A DNA stretch of 64,000 nucleotides from an uncultured Chloroflexia bacterium (lineage in GTDB: Bacteria; Chloroflexota; Limnocylindria; Limnocylindrales; CSP1-4). The notes beneath the pieces were generated by a model, which saw only the letters and a list, made by a program, of their open reading frames with translations, was not told where the DNA came from and searched no databases. Positions 9,248 through 18,564 of the stretch are shown piece after piece. The first letter of the stretch is position 1. Each line of letters begins with the position of its first letter. The position numbers were made by a program, and so were the translations under genes. Where the stretch lies: positions 1-64,000 of the forward strand of contig CAWHXD010000017.1 in NCBI GenBank assembly GCA_963833225.1, written 5' to 3'.

Positions 9248-9970
9248 CTACGCCGCGTCGTTTCGGGCGGAGACGCAGATGGCGAAGCTTGCATGCCGCT
9301 CGCAGCGCCGCGCCGCGGGGTGTGTGGCGGTGGGGGCGCGCTCGTCCCCCGCGTCCCCTGCGTCCCCGGCATGAGGCTCAGACAGCCTTTGCCGTTCCCC
9401 CACGGCGTCGAAGGCTGCGAGCACGGTCGCCCTCACGTCGGGGCCCAACTCCACGATGAAGCTCTGCTTCTTGCCCAGCCCATTCAGGCTGGTGCCAAAC
9501 AGCAGCATGCGGTTGTCGTCGACGGCGTAGCGGTCGTGGAGCGCACCGGGGCAGCCTGCCTGACCTCGATCTTGTTGCCGTGCTCCTTGCGGAATGCGGC
9601 CAGATCGCGCGAGAACACCTGCGGCCGGTTGATGTTGTTCACGGTCAGGAGCCGGATGTCGTTGGCCGCAGCGGCCTCAGCGAGGAGGTCGAGGGAGCTG
9701 GACTCGACGTACGGATCGTCAGAAACCGAAGAGTGCCGATCAGCGATCGCATGACTGCTTCCGCGGAACGCAGGCCGGTCAGCGCCTTGTCGGGCTCGAT
9801 GAATACGACGTCAGGTCGCCGCCCGGGCGTCAGCCCGTCCGCCCGAGCTTCTCCTTGCCTACTGCCAGCACCCAGAGCACCCGCTCCCGCTCCGACAGCC
9901 CGCCGACGGCCGGGTACTCACTGACATCGGCGCCGCGGAACGGCGCCTCGAGCTGATCCTTAGGAGGCAT
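9248..9970 (-). pseudogene. PLD-like (HDR-x-x-x-D) nuclease-fold protein, frameshifted and possibly internally deleted
   Basis: Manual translation: DPYVESSSLDLL..IRLLT..EVR..LHDRYAVDDNRMLLFGTSLNGLGKKQSFI. Confidence 0.6.
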
Positions 9971-10009
9971 CGTCCTCGCCGTTCGTGACCGCCGTGGCGC
10001 CGGGCTTGC

Positions 10010-10183
10010 GAGTAGTCCGCCGAGCGCCGGAGCTTGGTCGCGGCCGAGCTCGCGCGGCCCGAGTACCTGCCGCTGCTCGCCGCAAGCGCGGCGCATGCGA
10101 CCAGGTCAGGCGTTGGCGTGGCGCCCCCGGACGGATTCGAACCGCCGACGCCAGCCTTAGGACGGCTGCGCTCTATCCACTGA
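10010..10183 (+). pseudogene. Second recombinase C-terminal remnant reading antisense into the tRNA
   Basis: LVAAELARPEYLPLLAAS..VGVAPPDGFEPPTPALGRLRSIH*; same VAPPDG frame as at 8961. Confidence 0.45.
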
Positions 10184-10194
10184 GCTACGGGGGC
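10119..10194 (-). tRNA. tRNA-Arg(CCT)
   Basis: 76-nt cloverleaf GCCCCCG TA GCTC..CAGCC GTCCTAA GGCTG..TTCGAAT..CGGGGGC G CCA. Confidence 0.96.
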
Positions 10195-10235
10195 GCGCTC
10201 CGGATCGTACCTGACCGGGCCACAATCCAGCGGGA

Positions 10236-10634
10236 TCAGCCTGTGGATGGCCCAGGCTCCGCGCGATTGCGCATGGCGTCGGCTGCCATCGCCACGTAGT
10301 CGTGCAGCCGCTCGCGCACGTCCGGGAGGGCGCCCGAGGCGTCGATGGCGGCCCGCATGTGGAGGAGCCATCGGTCGCGCTCGAGGCTGCCGATGGGAAA
10401 CGGCGAGTGGCGCGCGCGGAGCCTCGGGTGGCCTCGCTCCTCGAGGTAGGTGGTCGGCCCGCCCCAGTACTGGACCAGGAACAGGGTGAGCCGGCGGCGC
10501 GCGCCGGCGAGATCCGCTTCGGGTACAGGGGACGCAGGACGTCGTCCGACGCGACGCCCCCGATAGAAGCGGTCGACGAGGGCCTCGAAGAACGGCATGC
10601 CGCCGACCTGGTCGTAGAGGGTGGGCTCGGACAT
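10236..10634 (-). CDS. glbO: Group II truncated hemoglobin (compensating indels mid-gene)
   Basis: TLYDQVGG..LVDRFY..FLVQYWGGPTTYLEERGHPRLRARH.PFPI..RDRWL. Confidence 0.88.
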   Translation of the reverse strand: MSEPTLYDQVGGMPFFEALVDRFYRGRRVGRRPASPVPEADLAGARRRLTLFLVQYWGGPTTYLEERGHPRLRARHSPFPIGSLERDRWLLHMRAAIDASGALPDVRERLHDYVAMAADAMRNRAEPGPSTG

Positions 10635-10726
10635 GGCGACGGGATTGTACGGACCGGGCCGGCTCGGCGGGGTCCTCGACGCGCTGCCCAGCGGCCGAAC
10701 CGCGGCTCCCTCGTACAATCAGACCC

Positions 10727-11017
10727 GTGACCACTCCCCTCCCCGATGTCGTGCTCTGTACAGCCGCCCGGGCTGCCACCTGTGCGAGGACGCGCGCGCG
10801 GCGCTGGACCGGCTGCTGGCGGAGCGCGGCACCCGCGGGCTGCCCGTCCCCCGGCTGGTGGAGATGGACATCGAGTCCGATGACGAGCTGCACCGACGCT
10901 ATCGCCCTGGCGATCCCGGTGATCGCCATCGGCGGGCGCGAGCTGGAGCTGGCCACGTCACCCGCGAAGGTCCGGCGCCTGCTCGAGGACGTCCTGGACG
11001 GGGCATCCCCGGCATGA
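10727..11017 (+). CDS. Glutaredoxin-like DUF836 protein (frameshifted)
   Basis: LYSRPGCHLCEDA..DIESDDELHRRY..IPVI across frames. Confidence 0.8.
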   Translation: MTTPLPDVVLCTAARAATCARTRARRWTGCWRSAAPAGCPSPGWWRWTSSPMTSCTDAIALAIPVIAIGGRELELATSPAKVRRLLEDVLDGASPA

Positions 11018-11824
11018 GCGACTACACGCTGCTGGTGGCCGTGGGAGCGGGCGTCATCTCGTTCCTCTCCCCGTGCGTGCTGCCCCTGGTCCCGGCGTAC
11101 ATCGGGCAGCTCACGGCGGTCGCGGTGGCGGCCCACGGTGGGACCCGGGCCCCATCTCGCTGGACGGCGGTCCGGCACGCGATCGCGTTCGTGCTGGGGT
11201 TCGGGGCGGTGTTCACGTTGCTGGGTGTCACGGCGGCCTTCGCGGGCGGCGCGATCGCGGACTACATGAAGCCGCTGCGGATCGTGGGTGGCGGGGTCCT
11301 CGTGATCATGGGCCTGAGTCTCGCGGGCATCATCCGGATCCCGGTCCTGGAGCGCACGTGGCGTCCGCTCGATGCCGGTGCCTCCGCCGTCCCTGGCGGC
11401 GTCCACCGGCGGGATGTCGCTGGCTCCGGCGGGTGGCGGAGGCTTTGGCGGCCGGATGGGGACCCGTCTCGTCGGCCAGCGGGTGGGGCTGGGCGCCGCG
11501 TTCACGCTGGGCGCCATCTTCGCGATCGGGTGGACGCCCTGCATCGGCATCGTGCTGGGCGGGATCCTGACGATGGCAGCGACCTCCGATACGCGGCTGC
11601 AGGGCGCGCTGCTCCTGGTGGGCTACACGGCGGGCCTGGGGATCCCGTTCATCCTGATCGCCGCGTTCTATGACCGGGTGCGCGGCCTCACGCGGTTCCT
11701 CGTCCGGCATGGCCGGGCCGTGTCGCTGGTCGGCGGGCTGCTGGTGGTCGCCATCGGCCTCGCGATGATGTTCGACTGGCTGGTCCTGCTGCCGCGGTGG
11801 TTCCAGTTCGTGTCGTTCGTATGA
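11014..11824 (+). CDS. ccdA: Cytochrome c biogenesis protein CcdA (frameshifted)
   Basis: AGVISFLSPCVLPLVPAY; GWTPCIG; GLGIPF. Confidence 0.9.
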
Positions 11825-12520
11825 GCGACAACGGGGAGACGCCTCTGTCACCGGAGCCGCCGGAACGACACGGGATGGTCGGACCGTTCTCCGGCCGGCA
11901 GCTGCTCACCGCGCCTGGCCGCCGTGGTCGTCGCCGTGGTCGCCCTGGTCGTCCTGACGCGGCCGATCGCTCCTGGTCCGGGCTCGGCGCCCCCGACAGC
12001 CCTGCCGGACACCACGCCCTACGTCGTCGGGTCGGCGGTCACGGGACTCCAACCCGGCCAGCAGGCGCCCGACCTGTCGTGGCCGGCTACCCGACGGGTC
12101 CACGGTGGTCCTGACCGACCTCGATGGCGCCCCGGTCCGGCTGGCGGATCTGCGCGGCAAGCTGGTGTGGCTCAACTTCTGGGCAACCTGGTGCCCGCCC
12201 TGCCAGGCCGAGACACCGGTGCTGCGCGACATGGACGAGACGCTACCGGGACCGCGGCCTGGTCATCGTCGCGATCGCGGTCCAGGAGACGAGCGTCGAC
12301 AACGTCAGGGCGTACGCGGATCGCTACGAGCTGGGCTACCGGATCGCCTTCGACGCGTCCGCGGACGCCTTCGACCTGTACCGGGTGTTCGCGCTGCCGA
12401 CGCAGGTCTTCATCGGTCCCAATGGGGTGGTGCGCCAGGTCGTCAACGGGCCCGTTGACCGACACGACGGCCCGCCAGTGGATCGAGGCGATGCTCCCGG
12501 CTGGTGCGGCCGGGGGCTGA
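11821..12520 (+). CDS. Membrane-anchored TlpA/ResA thiol-disulfide oxidoreductase (frameshifted)
   Basis: [26 protein letters not shown]; [11 protein letters not shown]. Confidence 0.88.
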
Positions 12521-12563
12521 TCGGCCGGCGGCGCCGGAGCTCGCGCCTGGCCCCTTCACCCTG

Positions 12564-12684
12564 GGTGAACGCTTCGACATCGAAGCCGATGGCCGGGCCT
12601 CTCTCGACACGTGATGTCCACCGTCAGTGAGCGAACCTGCGCGGGGAGGCGGTTCGCGGTGCCTTCGCGACCGAAGCGTTCACC
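12564..12684. repeat. 121-bp element with terminal inverted repeats
   Basis: GGTGAACGCTTCG (12564-12576) / CGAAGCGTTCACC (12672-12684) perfect 13 bp, extendable imperfectly to ~24 bp. Confidence 0.6.
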
Positions 12685-12695
12685 GACAGTCAACT

Positions 12696-12778
12696 CGGCC
12701 GGCGATGCCGCGGCGGGCGATGCCGCGGCCGGCGATGCCGGCGATGCCCCGGCCGGCGATGCCGCGGCCGGTCGATGC
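12696..12778. repeat. Short tandem repeat (~15-bp unit CGGCCGGCGATGCCG)
   Basis: GGCGATGCC at 12701, 12716, 12731, 12740, 12755 plus a degenerate copy. Confidence 0.8.
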
Positions 12779-12781
12779 TGC

Positions 12782-13648
12782 CTACAGCCCCTCGAACCGG
12801 TACCGGTCGCGGTCCGGGACCAGCCGGCCGACGGGCATCCGTGCCTCGTGGCTGAGGACCACAATCCAGTCGTCCTCGACGGCTCGCCGGAACAGCTCGC
12901 CCTTGACCTCGACCGAGTCGAGCGGGAAGTCGTCGAACGCGGTCACCCAGCGCGGGTTGGCTGACCACGGCCGCATGCACAGGTCGCCGAAGAAGGCCAG
13001 CGACCGGGCGCCCGGCCCGGAGCCGCTCACCACCACCGCCTGGTGGCCCGCCGAGTGCCCGCCGGTGCGCACCACGGACACGCCCGGCAGCAGCTCCCGG
13101 TCACCCTCGGTCCAGCCCTCGGCTCCCCAGTCGACAACCAGGCGCAGCTCGGGCTGGTCGTACGAGGCCACGAGCCGGCTGTTGTCCCCCAGGGCGATCT
13201 CCCACTCCTGCCGCTGGGCGACGATCCGCGCCCGCGGGAACGCCTTCGACCCGTCGGCGCGGAGCAGCCCGCCGGCGTGGTCGAAGTGGAGGTGGCTCAT
13301 CGCGACCACATCCACGGTCGCAGGGTCGAACCCGGCTCGATGGAGCGCGGGGACGATGGGCGTGCCCTCGTACTGGCGCATGGTGGCGTTCTTCTCGTCG
13401 AGCCGCTCCCCGATGCCGGTCTCGATCAGCACCCGGCCCGCGGGCGTCTCCACCAGCAGGCAGTTGAGGGCCTGGAGCAGGCGCCGGTTGGCGTCCAGCT
13501 CGCCCTCGGCCAGGTTCCGCCACAGGATCCACGGCACGGGCCCCAGGATCGCCCCCGCATCCGTGCGGAACGTGCCGGCCTGGACCAGCGCCACGCGCAC
13601 CCCCCCGCCGAGGTCCGTGCTCCAGTGGACCGCGTCGTTGATGGCCAC
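12782..13648 (-). CDS. MBL-fold metallo-hydrolase (YtnP-like)
   Basis: SHLHFDHAGG, GGHSAGH, FFGDL. Confidence 0.88.
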   Translation of the reverse strand: MAINDAVHWSTDLGGGVRVALVQAGTFRTDAGAILGPVPWILWRNLAEGELDANRRLLQALNCLLVETPAGRVLIETGIGERLDEKNATMRQYEGTPIVPALHRAGFDPATVDVVAMSHLHFDHAGGLLRADGSKAFPRARIVAQRQEWEIALGDNSRLVASYDQPELRLVVDWGAEGWTEGDRELLPGVSVVRTGGHSAGHQAVVVSGSGPGARSLAFFGDLCMRPWSANPRWVTAFDDFPLDSVEVKGELFRRAVEDDWIVVLSHEARMPVGRLVPDRDRYRFEGL

Positions 13649-13651
13649 GGG

Positions 13652-14245
13652 TCAGGCGCCCTCGCGAGCCTTGCGGCCTCGCTCGAAGTCGGCGTGGAAG
13701 GCGGATGCCGTGGGCTCGGACTGGCCCTGGTACTTGGACCCCAGCTCCTTGGAGCCGTACGGCCGTTCCACCGGCGAGCTCATCCGGAAGAAGCTGATCT
13801 GGCCGATCCGCATCCCGTAGTAGAGCGCGATGGGCAGGTTGGCCACGTTCGAGAGCTCCAGGGTGAGGGTGCCCTTCCAGCCCGGGTCCACGTACCCTGC
13901 CGTCGAGTGGATGAGCAGGCCGAGGCGCCCAAGCGAGCTCTTGCCCTCGAGCCTGGCGACGAGGTCGTCCGGCAGCTCCACCCATTCCGTCGTCTGGCCC
14001 AGCACGAACTCGCCCGGGTGCAGGATGAACGGCTCGTCATCGGCGATGGCCAGCATCTCCGTCAGATCCGGCTGGGGCGTCCGCGGGTCGATGAACGCGT
14101 ACCGGTTGTTGCGGAACACGCGGAAGCTGCGGTCGAGGTGCAGGTCCACGGACGAGGGCTGGAGATCCGCCGCGTCATAGGGGTCGATGCGCACCCGCCC
14201 GGCCTCGAGCTCGGCCCGGATGTCGCGATCGGCCAGGACACTCAT
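13652..14245 (-). CDS. dcd: dCTP deaminase
   Basis: [44 protein letters not shown]. Confidence 0.96.
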   Translation of the reverse strand: MSVLADRDIRAELEAGRVRIDPYDAADLQPSSVDLHLDRSFRVFRNNRYAFIDPRTPQPDLTEMLAIADDEPFILHPGEFVLGQTTEWVELPDDLVARLEGKSSLGRLGLLIHSTAGYVDPGWKGTLTLELSNVANLPIALYYGMRIGQISFFRMSSPVERPYGSKELGSKYQGQSEPTASAFHADFERGRKAREGA

Positions 14246-14724
14246 CGGGTGCGCCTTCCCTTCTTGGGTGATCCTTCGGCGAACAGCTGGTCCACCTCTC
14301 GCTTGAGATCCTCGAGGTCCTCGAAGCTCTGGTAGACGGAGGCGAAGCGGATGTAGGCGATGTGGTCCAGCCCCCGGAGCTTGTCCATCGCCAGCGCGCC
14401 GACCCGCGACGACGGGATCTCCGACAGGCCCGACGAGCGGAGCTCACCCTCGATCTGGTCGGCGGCCCGCTCGGCGGCGTCCTCCGCCACCGGGCGCCGG
14501 GTCAGGGCCTTCGCGAGGCCGGCGGCGAGCTTGTCGCGGTCGAACTCCTGGCGGGTCCCGTCCCGCTTGGCGACCACGAGCCGCGCGGCCTCGACCCGCT
14601 CGTAGGTGGTGAACCGGGCGGTGCATGACGGGCACTCGCGCCGCCGCCGGATCGTCGCGGCCTCATCGAGGTCCCGTGAATCCACGACGCGCGTGTCCCG
14701 GGTGCCGCACTGGGGACAGCGCAT
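14242..14724 (-). CDS. nrdR: Transcriptional repressor NrdR
   Basis: [30 protein letters not shown]-cone, AYIRFASVY. Confidence 0.97.
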   Translation of the reverse strand: MRCPQCGTRDTRVVDSRDLDEAATIRRRRECPSCTARFTTYERVEAARLVVAKRDGTRQEFDRDKLAAGLAKALTRRPVAEDAAERAADQIEGELRSSGLSEIPSSRVGALAMDKLRGLDHIAYIRFASVYQSFEDLEDLKREVDQLFAEGSPKKGRRTR

Positions 14725-14746
14725 GGACCCTCCAGACCTCCTCGCA

Positions 14747-14793
14747 CCACTATCCCTTGTGGTATCGGCCGAGAATACCACTACATGCGGGGG
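14747..14793. promoter_or_regulatory. Tandem NrdR boxes
   Basis: CCACTATCCCTTGTGG (14747-14762) and CCACTACATGCGGGGG (14778-14793), 31 bp start-to-start, directly upstream of nrdR. Confidence 0.7.
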
Positions 14794-15398
14794 TCAAACC
14801 GCCCGTCGAAGTCCTCCGGATCTTCCATTCGATCCCTCTCGCCGCCAGTGCGGACCGCGGGTCTCGGCGCCCCCGGGAGGAGGTCCGGGGGGCGAAGCGC
14901 GGCAACCTCGCGAGCGCGCAGCGCAAAGGCGCCCTGGGCGTGCCGCAGGTTGAGCGCGCCCCGCTTGAGCGAGGTCTGCGCCTCGAGATCCCGCCCGATC
15001 GTGGTGTTGGCCATGGTGGCCAGGCCGTGCTCGACGAGTGACGCCGCGCGCCTCGCCCGGTCGAGGTCACCGCGCATCGCCGTGGCGATCCCCACCAGCC
15101 CCACCGGCGCGGGCAGGGCCCTCGCCTCATTCACGAGCACGTCGAGCGTCGCCTGGGTCTCGGTCAGCTGCGCCTGGAGGGCCTCGGGATCACCGGCCTG
15201 GCGCCGGATCTCGGCGAGGTTGCCGACGAGCGGTCCCACCACCCCGGCGAACCGCCGGTCGAGCGAGTCCACCGCCTGCTGGAACCGCTCCAGGTTCCGG
15301 GTTCGCGCAACCAGCTCCGACATCCTGCGCAGCGTCACGGTGAACAGCAGCGCCAGGAAGACGAGCAGCGCCAGCCAGAGCAGGGTGGGCAACGGCAT
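14781..15398 (-). CDS. Hypothetical protein, N-terminal TM helix + helical domain
   Basis: MPLPTLLWLALLVFLALLF.., follows etfA in the same orientation. Confidence 0.7.
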   Translation of the reverse strand: MPLPTLLWLALLVFLALLFTVTLRRMSELVARTRNLERFQQAVDSLDRRFAGVVGPLVGNLAEIRRQAGDPEALQAQLTETQATLDVLVNEARALPAPVGLVGIATAMRGDLDRARRAASLVEHGLATMANTTIGRDLEAQTSLKRGALNLRHAQGAFALRAREVAALRPPDLLPGAPRPAVRTGGERDRMEDPEDFDGRFDPRM

Positions 15399-15426
15399 GC
15401 GATCGGGGCCCTGTCCCGGCGCCCGC

Positions 15427-16401
15427 TCAGCCGCCGCGCCGGGCGCGGATCTCGGCCGCCAGCGCGGGCCCGACCTCGAACAGGTCGGCGATGACGAACA
15501 GGTCGGCGACCTCGGCGATCGGCGCATCCGGGTCGCGGTTGATGGCCACGATCGTCTCCGACGCCTGCATCCCCACCCGGTGCTGCATGGCTCCCGAGAC
15601 CCCCAGCCCAAGGTAGAGCGCGGGCTTGACGATCCGGCCCGTCTGGCCGATCTGCCGCGCATACGGCACCCAGCCCGCGTCCACGGAGGCTCGCGTGGCG
15701 CCCGACACGCCGCCCAGCAGCGACGCCAGCTCCTCGACCAGGCCGAACCCCTCGGGGCTCCCGACCCCACGTCCACCGACCACGACGACCCGCGCGTCCT
15801 CGAGCGATGCGGCGGCACCGGCCTCGGCGACCCGGTCCAGCACGCGGGCGGCGGGCATGGCGGGCGCAACCGGCTCGCGCGGTTCCACGGTGCCGGAAGC
15901 CGGGCCCTCGACGGCGGTCACGCCCCCGGGCCGGAGCGTGAGCATGCCGGACGCGGCGGCAAGGACGCTGCTGGTGGTGGCCTTGCCGCCCAGCACGCTC
16001 GAGACGCTCACGGGGCCCGTCCCGTCCCACGAGGCACCATCGGCATTGGCGAGCAGCCCCAGACCCGTTGTCGCAACGAGCGCCCCGGCGACGTCACGGC
16101 CGTCGGTGGTCGCGGCCAGGACGACGTGGGTCGCCCCCTCCTCCAGGAGGCGCGCCACCTCGGCGGCGACGTGCGGCGCGCTCACCTCGTGCTCGACCGA
16201 TGGGTTGGTCACCGCGATCACGCGTGGCAGGTAGGCCGCCATGGCATCGGCGGCCGGCGCGGGCGAGGCGTCCACGACGAGCCCCATGGCGCTCCCGCCG
16301 GCGGCATCCGCGAGCTGCCGCGCGAGCGTGGCGACCTCCGTGGACAGCTTGGTCAGGGCGCCGTCCGCGACCTCGGCGACGGCGAGGATCGTGACCGGCA
16401 T
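15427..16401 (-). CDS. etfA: Electron transfer flavoprotein alpha subunit
   Basis: VVVVGGRG, GATRASVDAGW, QIGQTG, GVSGAMQHRVGM, AINRDPDAPI. Confidence 0.95.
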   Translation of the reverse strand: MPVTILAVAEVADGALTKLSTEVATLARQLADAAGGSAMGLVVDASPAPAADAMAAYLPRVIAVTNPSVEHEVSAPHVAAEVARLLEEGATHVVLAATTDGRDVAGALVATTGLGLLANADGASWDGTGPVSVSSVLGGKATTSSVLAAASGMLTLRPGGVTAVEGPASGTVEPREPVAPAMPAARVLDRVAEAGAAASLEDARVVVVGGRGVGSPEGFGLVEELASLLGGVSGATRASVDAGWVPYARQIGQTGRIVKPALYLGLGVSGAMQHRVGMQASETIVAINRDPDAPIAEVADLFVIADLFEVGPALAAEIRARRGG

Positions 16402-17186
16402 CAGATCAGCCTCCGGTCGGCCAGGAAGTCCGCGACCTCGCGGGCGACATCGGGCGGCGCACCCGAGACCGTCCGACCCGCGGTCCGCGCCGCGGGCGGT
16501 TCGGCGCCGACGACGCGGGTCGCCCAGGCCCCGTCGGCGGGGGCCAGCCCGTCACCCAGGTCCGGCAGGCTCCGGTTCAGGATCTCCCGGGACCGGGCGG
16601 CCATGATCCCCTTGAGCGACGGATAGCGCGGGGCGCCGAGCGCCTGGGTGCACGAGATCGCCGCCGGCATCGGGGCCTCGATGAGGTCGTAGCCCTTGGC
16701 GGTCAGCCGGCGCACTCGGACCGTGCCTGCGGTCGGGTCGGGCTCGATGGCGCCCGCGGCAGACAGGAGCGGCAGGCCGAGGCGCGCGGCGACGCCGGCC
16801 GTCACCGCCCCGCCCGCCCCGTCGGACGTGTCCAGGCCTCCGAGCAGCAGGTCGAACTCCACCTCCGCGGCGGCCGCCGCGAGCACCCTGATCGTGGTCG
16901 GCAGATCGGCACCCGCCAGCGCGTCGTCGGTGACCAGGATGCCCCGCTGCGCCCCCATGGCGAGGGCCTTGCGGATGGTGTCGCTGCCGTTGGCCGGCGC
17001 CATGGTCAGGACGACAACCTCGCCTCCGTGCGCCTCGATCAGCTGCAGCGCGGCCTCGAGCGCGTATTCGTCGTTGCCGTTGATCACGGTCGGCGACGCG
17101 GCACGGTCAAGCCGGTAGTCCGGGCCCAGCCGCTCCGCCCCCGCGGCGGGGTCCGGGACGGGCTTGGTCAGGACGAGGATTCGCAC
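16401..17186 (-). CDS. etfB: Electron transfer flavoprotein beta subunit
   Basis: KPVPD, DEYALEAAL, RKALAMGA, PRYPSLKGIMAA. Confidence 0.95.
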   Translation of the reverse strand: MRILVLTKPVPDPAAGAERLGPDYRLDRAASPTVINGNDEYALEAALQLIEAHGGEVVVLTMAPANGSDTIRKALAMGAQRGILVTDDALAGADLPTTIRVLAAAAAEVEFDLLLGGLDTSDGAGGAVTAGVAARLGLPLLSAAGAIEPDPTAGTVRVRRLTAKGYDLIEAPMPAAISCTQALGAPRYPSLKGIMAARSREILNRSLPDLGDGLAPADGAWATRVVGAEPPAARTAGRTVSGAPPDVAREVADFLADRRLI

Positions 17187-17221
17187 GTGGGCACCACTCC
17201 CCTGGTCGAGCGCCGGCCGGT

Positions 17222-18406
17222 TCAGACCCCCGCGAGGAGGGACCGGGCGACGATGAGCCGCTGGATCTGCTGGGTTCCCTCGTAGAGCTGGGTGATCTTC
17301 GCGTCGCGCATCATCCGCTCGACGGGGTACTCGTCGATATAGCCATACCCGCCCAGGACCTGCACCGCGTCGGTGGTGACCTTCATGGCGGCATCGCCTG
17401 CGACGAGTTTACAGAGGGCCGCCCACCGGGCCGCGTCCACTCCCCCGGATTCGATCTCCTCGCAGGCGGTGTACAGCAGGTGGCGCGCAGCCTCGGTCGC
17501 CGCGTCCATGTCCGCGAGCATCGCCTGGACCATCTGCAGCTCTCCGATGGGCTTGCCGAACTGGCGGCGCTCCTTCGCGTAGGCGGAGGCGACCTCGAGG
17601 GCGCCCTGGGCGATGCCCACGGCCTGGGCCGCGATCCCCGGACGGCTGCGCTCGAACGTCTGCATCGCGATGGCGAACCCCTGGCCCTCGTCGCCGAGGC
17701 GGTTCCCGACCGGGACCCTGACGCCGTCGAAGGCAAGCTCCGCGGTGGGTGAGCCCCGGATGCCCATCTTGTGCTCGACGCGGGTGACCTTGAACCCGGG
17801 ACGGTTGGTCTCGACCAGGATCGCGGACAGGCGCCGGCTGGGCCGCTCCGCATCGGGGTTGGTGACCGCGAACACCACCACGGAGTCCGCCACGCTCGCA
17901 TGGCTGATGAAGCGCTTGCCACCGTTGATCACGTACTCGTCACCATCGAGGACGGCCCGGGTCCGGATCCCCGACGGGTCCGATCCCGCGTCCGCCTCGG
18001 TCAGCCCGAAGGCGATCAGCTCCTTGCCGGACGCGAGCCCCGGGAGCCATCGATCCTGCTGCTCGGGCGTGCCGGCGACCTGGATCGGGATGGCGCCCAG
18101 CGCCTGGACGGCGAGCATCAGGCCGGAGGTGGCGCATTGGCGGCTGATCTGCTCGATCGCGAGGCACAGCGTGAGCAGGTCCGCCCCAAGCCCGCCGTGT
18201 CGCTCTTCGAACGGGATCGAGAAGATGTCGTGATCGGCCAGCAGGCGGCGGACGTCGTCGGGCCAGGTCGCCTCCCGGTCGATCTCCGCCGCGCGAGGGG
18301 CGATGCGCTCGTCGGCGAGGACCCGGACGGCGTCGCGCAGGAGGACCTGCTCCTCCGTCAGGCGGACGGGATGATGACGGGGCGGTGTCGTGCTCACGAA
18401 GGGCAT
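17222..18406 (-). CDS. Acyl-CoA dehydrogenase
   Basis: FGLTEADAGSD, KMGIRGSPT, RQFGKPI, QVLGGYGY..RDAKITQLYEGTQQIQR. Confidence 0.95.
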   Translation of the reverse strand: MPFVSTTPPRHHPVRLTEEQVLLRDAVRVLADERIAPRAAEIDREATWPDDVRRLLADHDIFSIPFEERHGGLGADLLTLCLAIEQISRQCATSGLMLAVQALGAIPIQVAGTPEQQDRWLPGLASGKELIAFGLTEADAGSDPSGIRTRAVLDGDEYVINGGKRFISHASVADSVVVFAVTNPDAERPSRRLSAILVETNRPGFKVTRVEHKMGIRGSPTAELAFDGVRVPVGNRLGDEGQGFAIAMQTFERSRPGIAAQAVGIAQGALEVASAYAKERRQFGKPIGELQMVQAMLADMDAATEAARHLLYTACEEIESGGVDAARWAALCKLVAGDAAMKVTTDAVQVLGGYGYIDEYPVERMMRDAKITQLYEGTQQIQRLIVARSLLAGV

Positions 18407-18564
18407 GCTAGCAGCGGCATCCCCCATTCGGGGCGGCTCTGCCGGGGGCTGATCGTCCGGGATGACAACGCCGCCGGGGTTGCGTAGGCTGTGCGAGCAA
18501 CCGGCGAGGGTCGGGCAGTCCACCGGGGGCGGTCCCGACACTCTCCTGGTCTGGGTGTCGTGTC

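Larger units (their letters stand above)
2142..10138. mobile_element. Eroded multi-insertion genomic island at the 3' end of tRNA-Arg(CCT)
   Basis: Repeated tRNA 3'-end cores, recombinase remnants, fragmented accessory genes. Confidence 0.75.

Noticed and set aside
12696-12778. CRISPR array
   Set aside because: Short tandem units without unique spacers; no cas genes.
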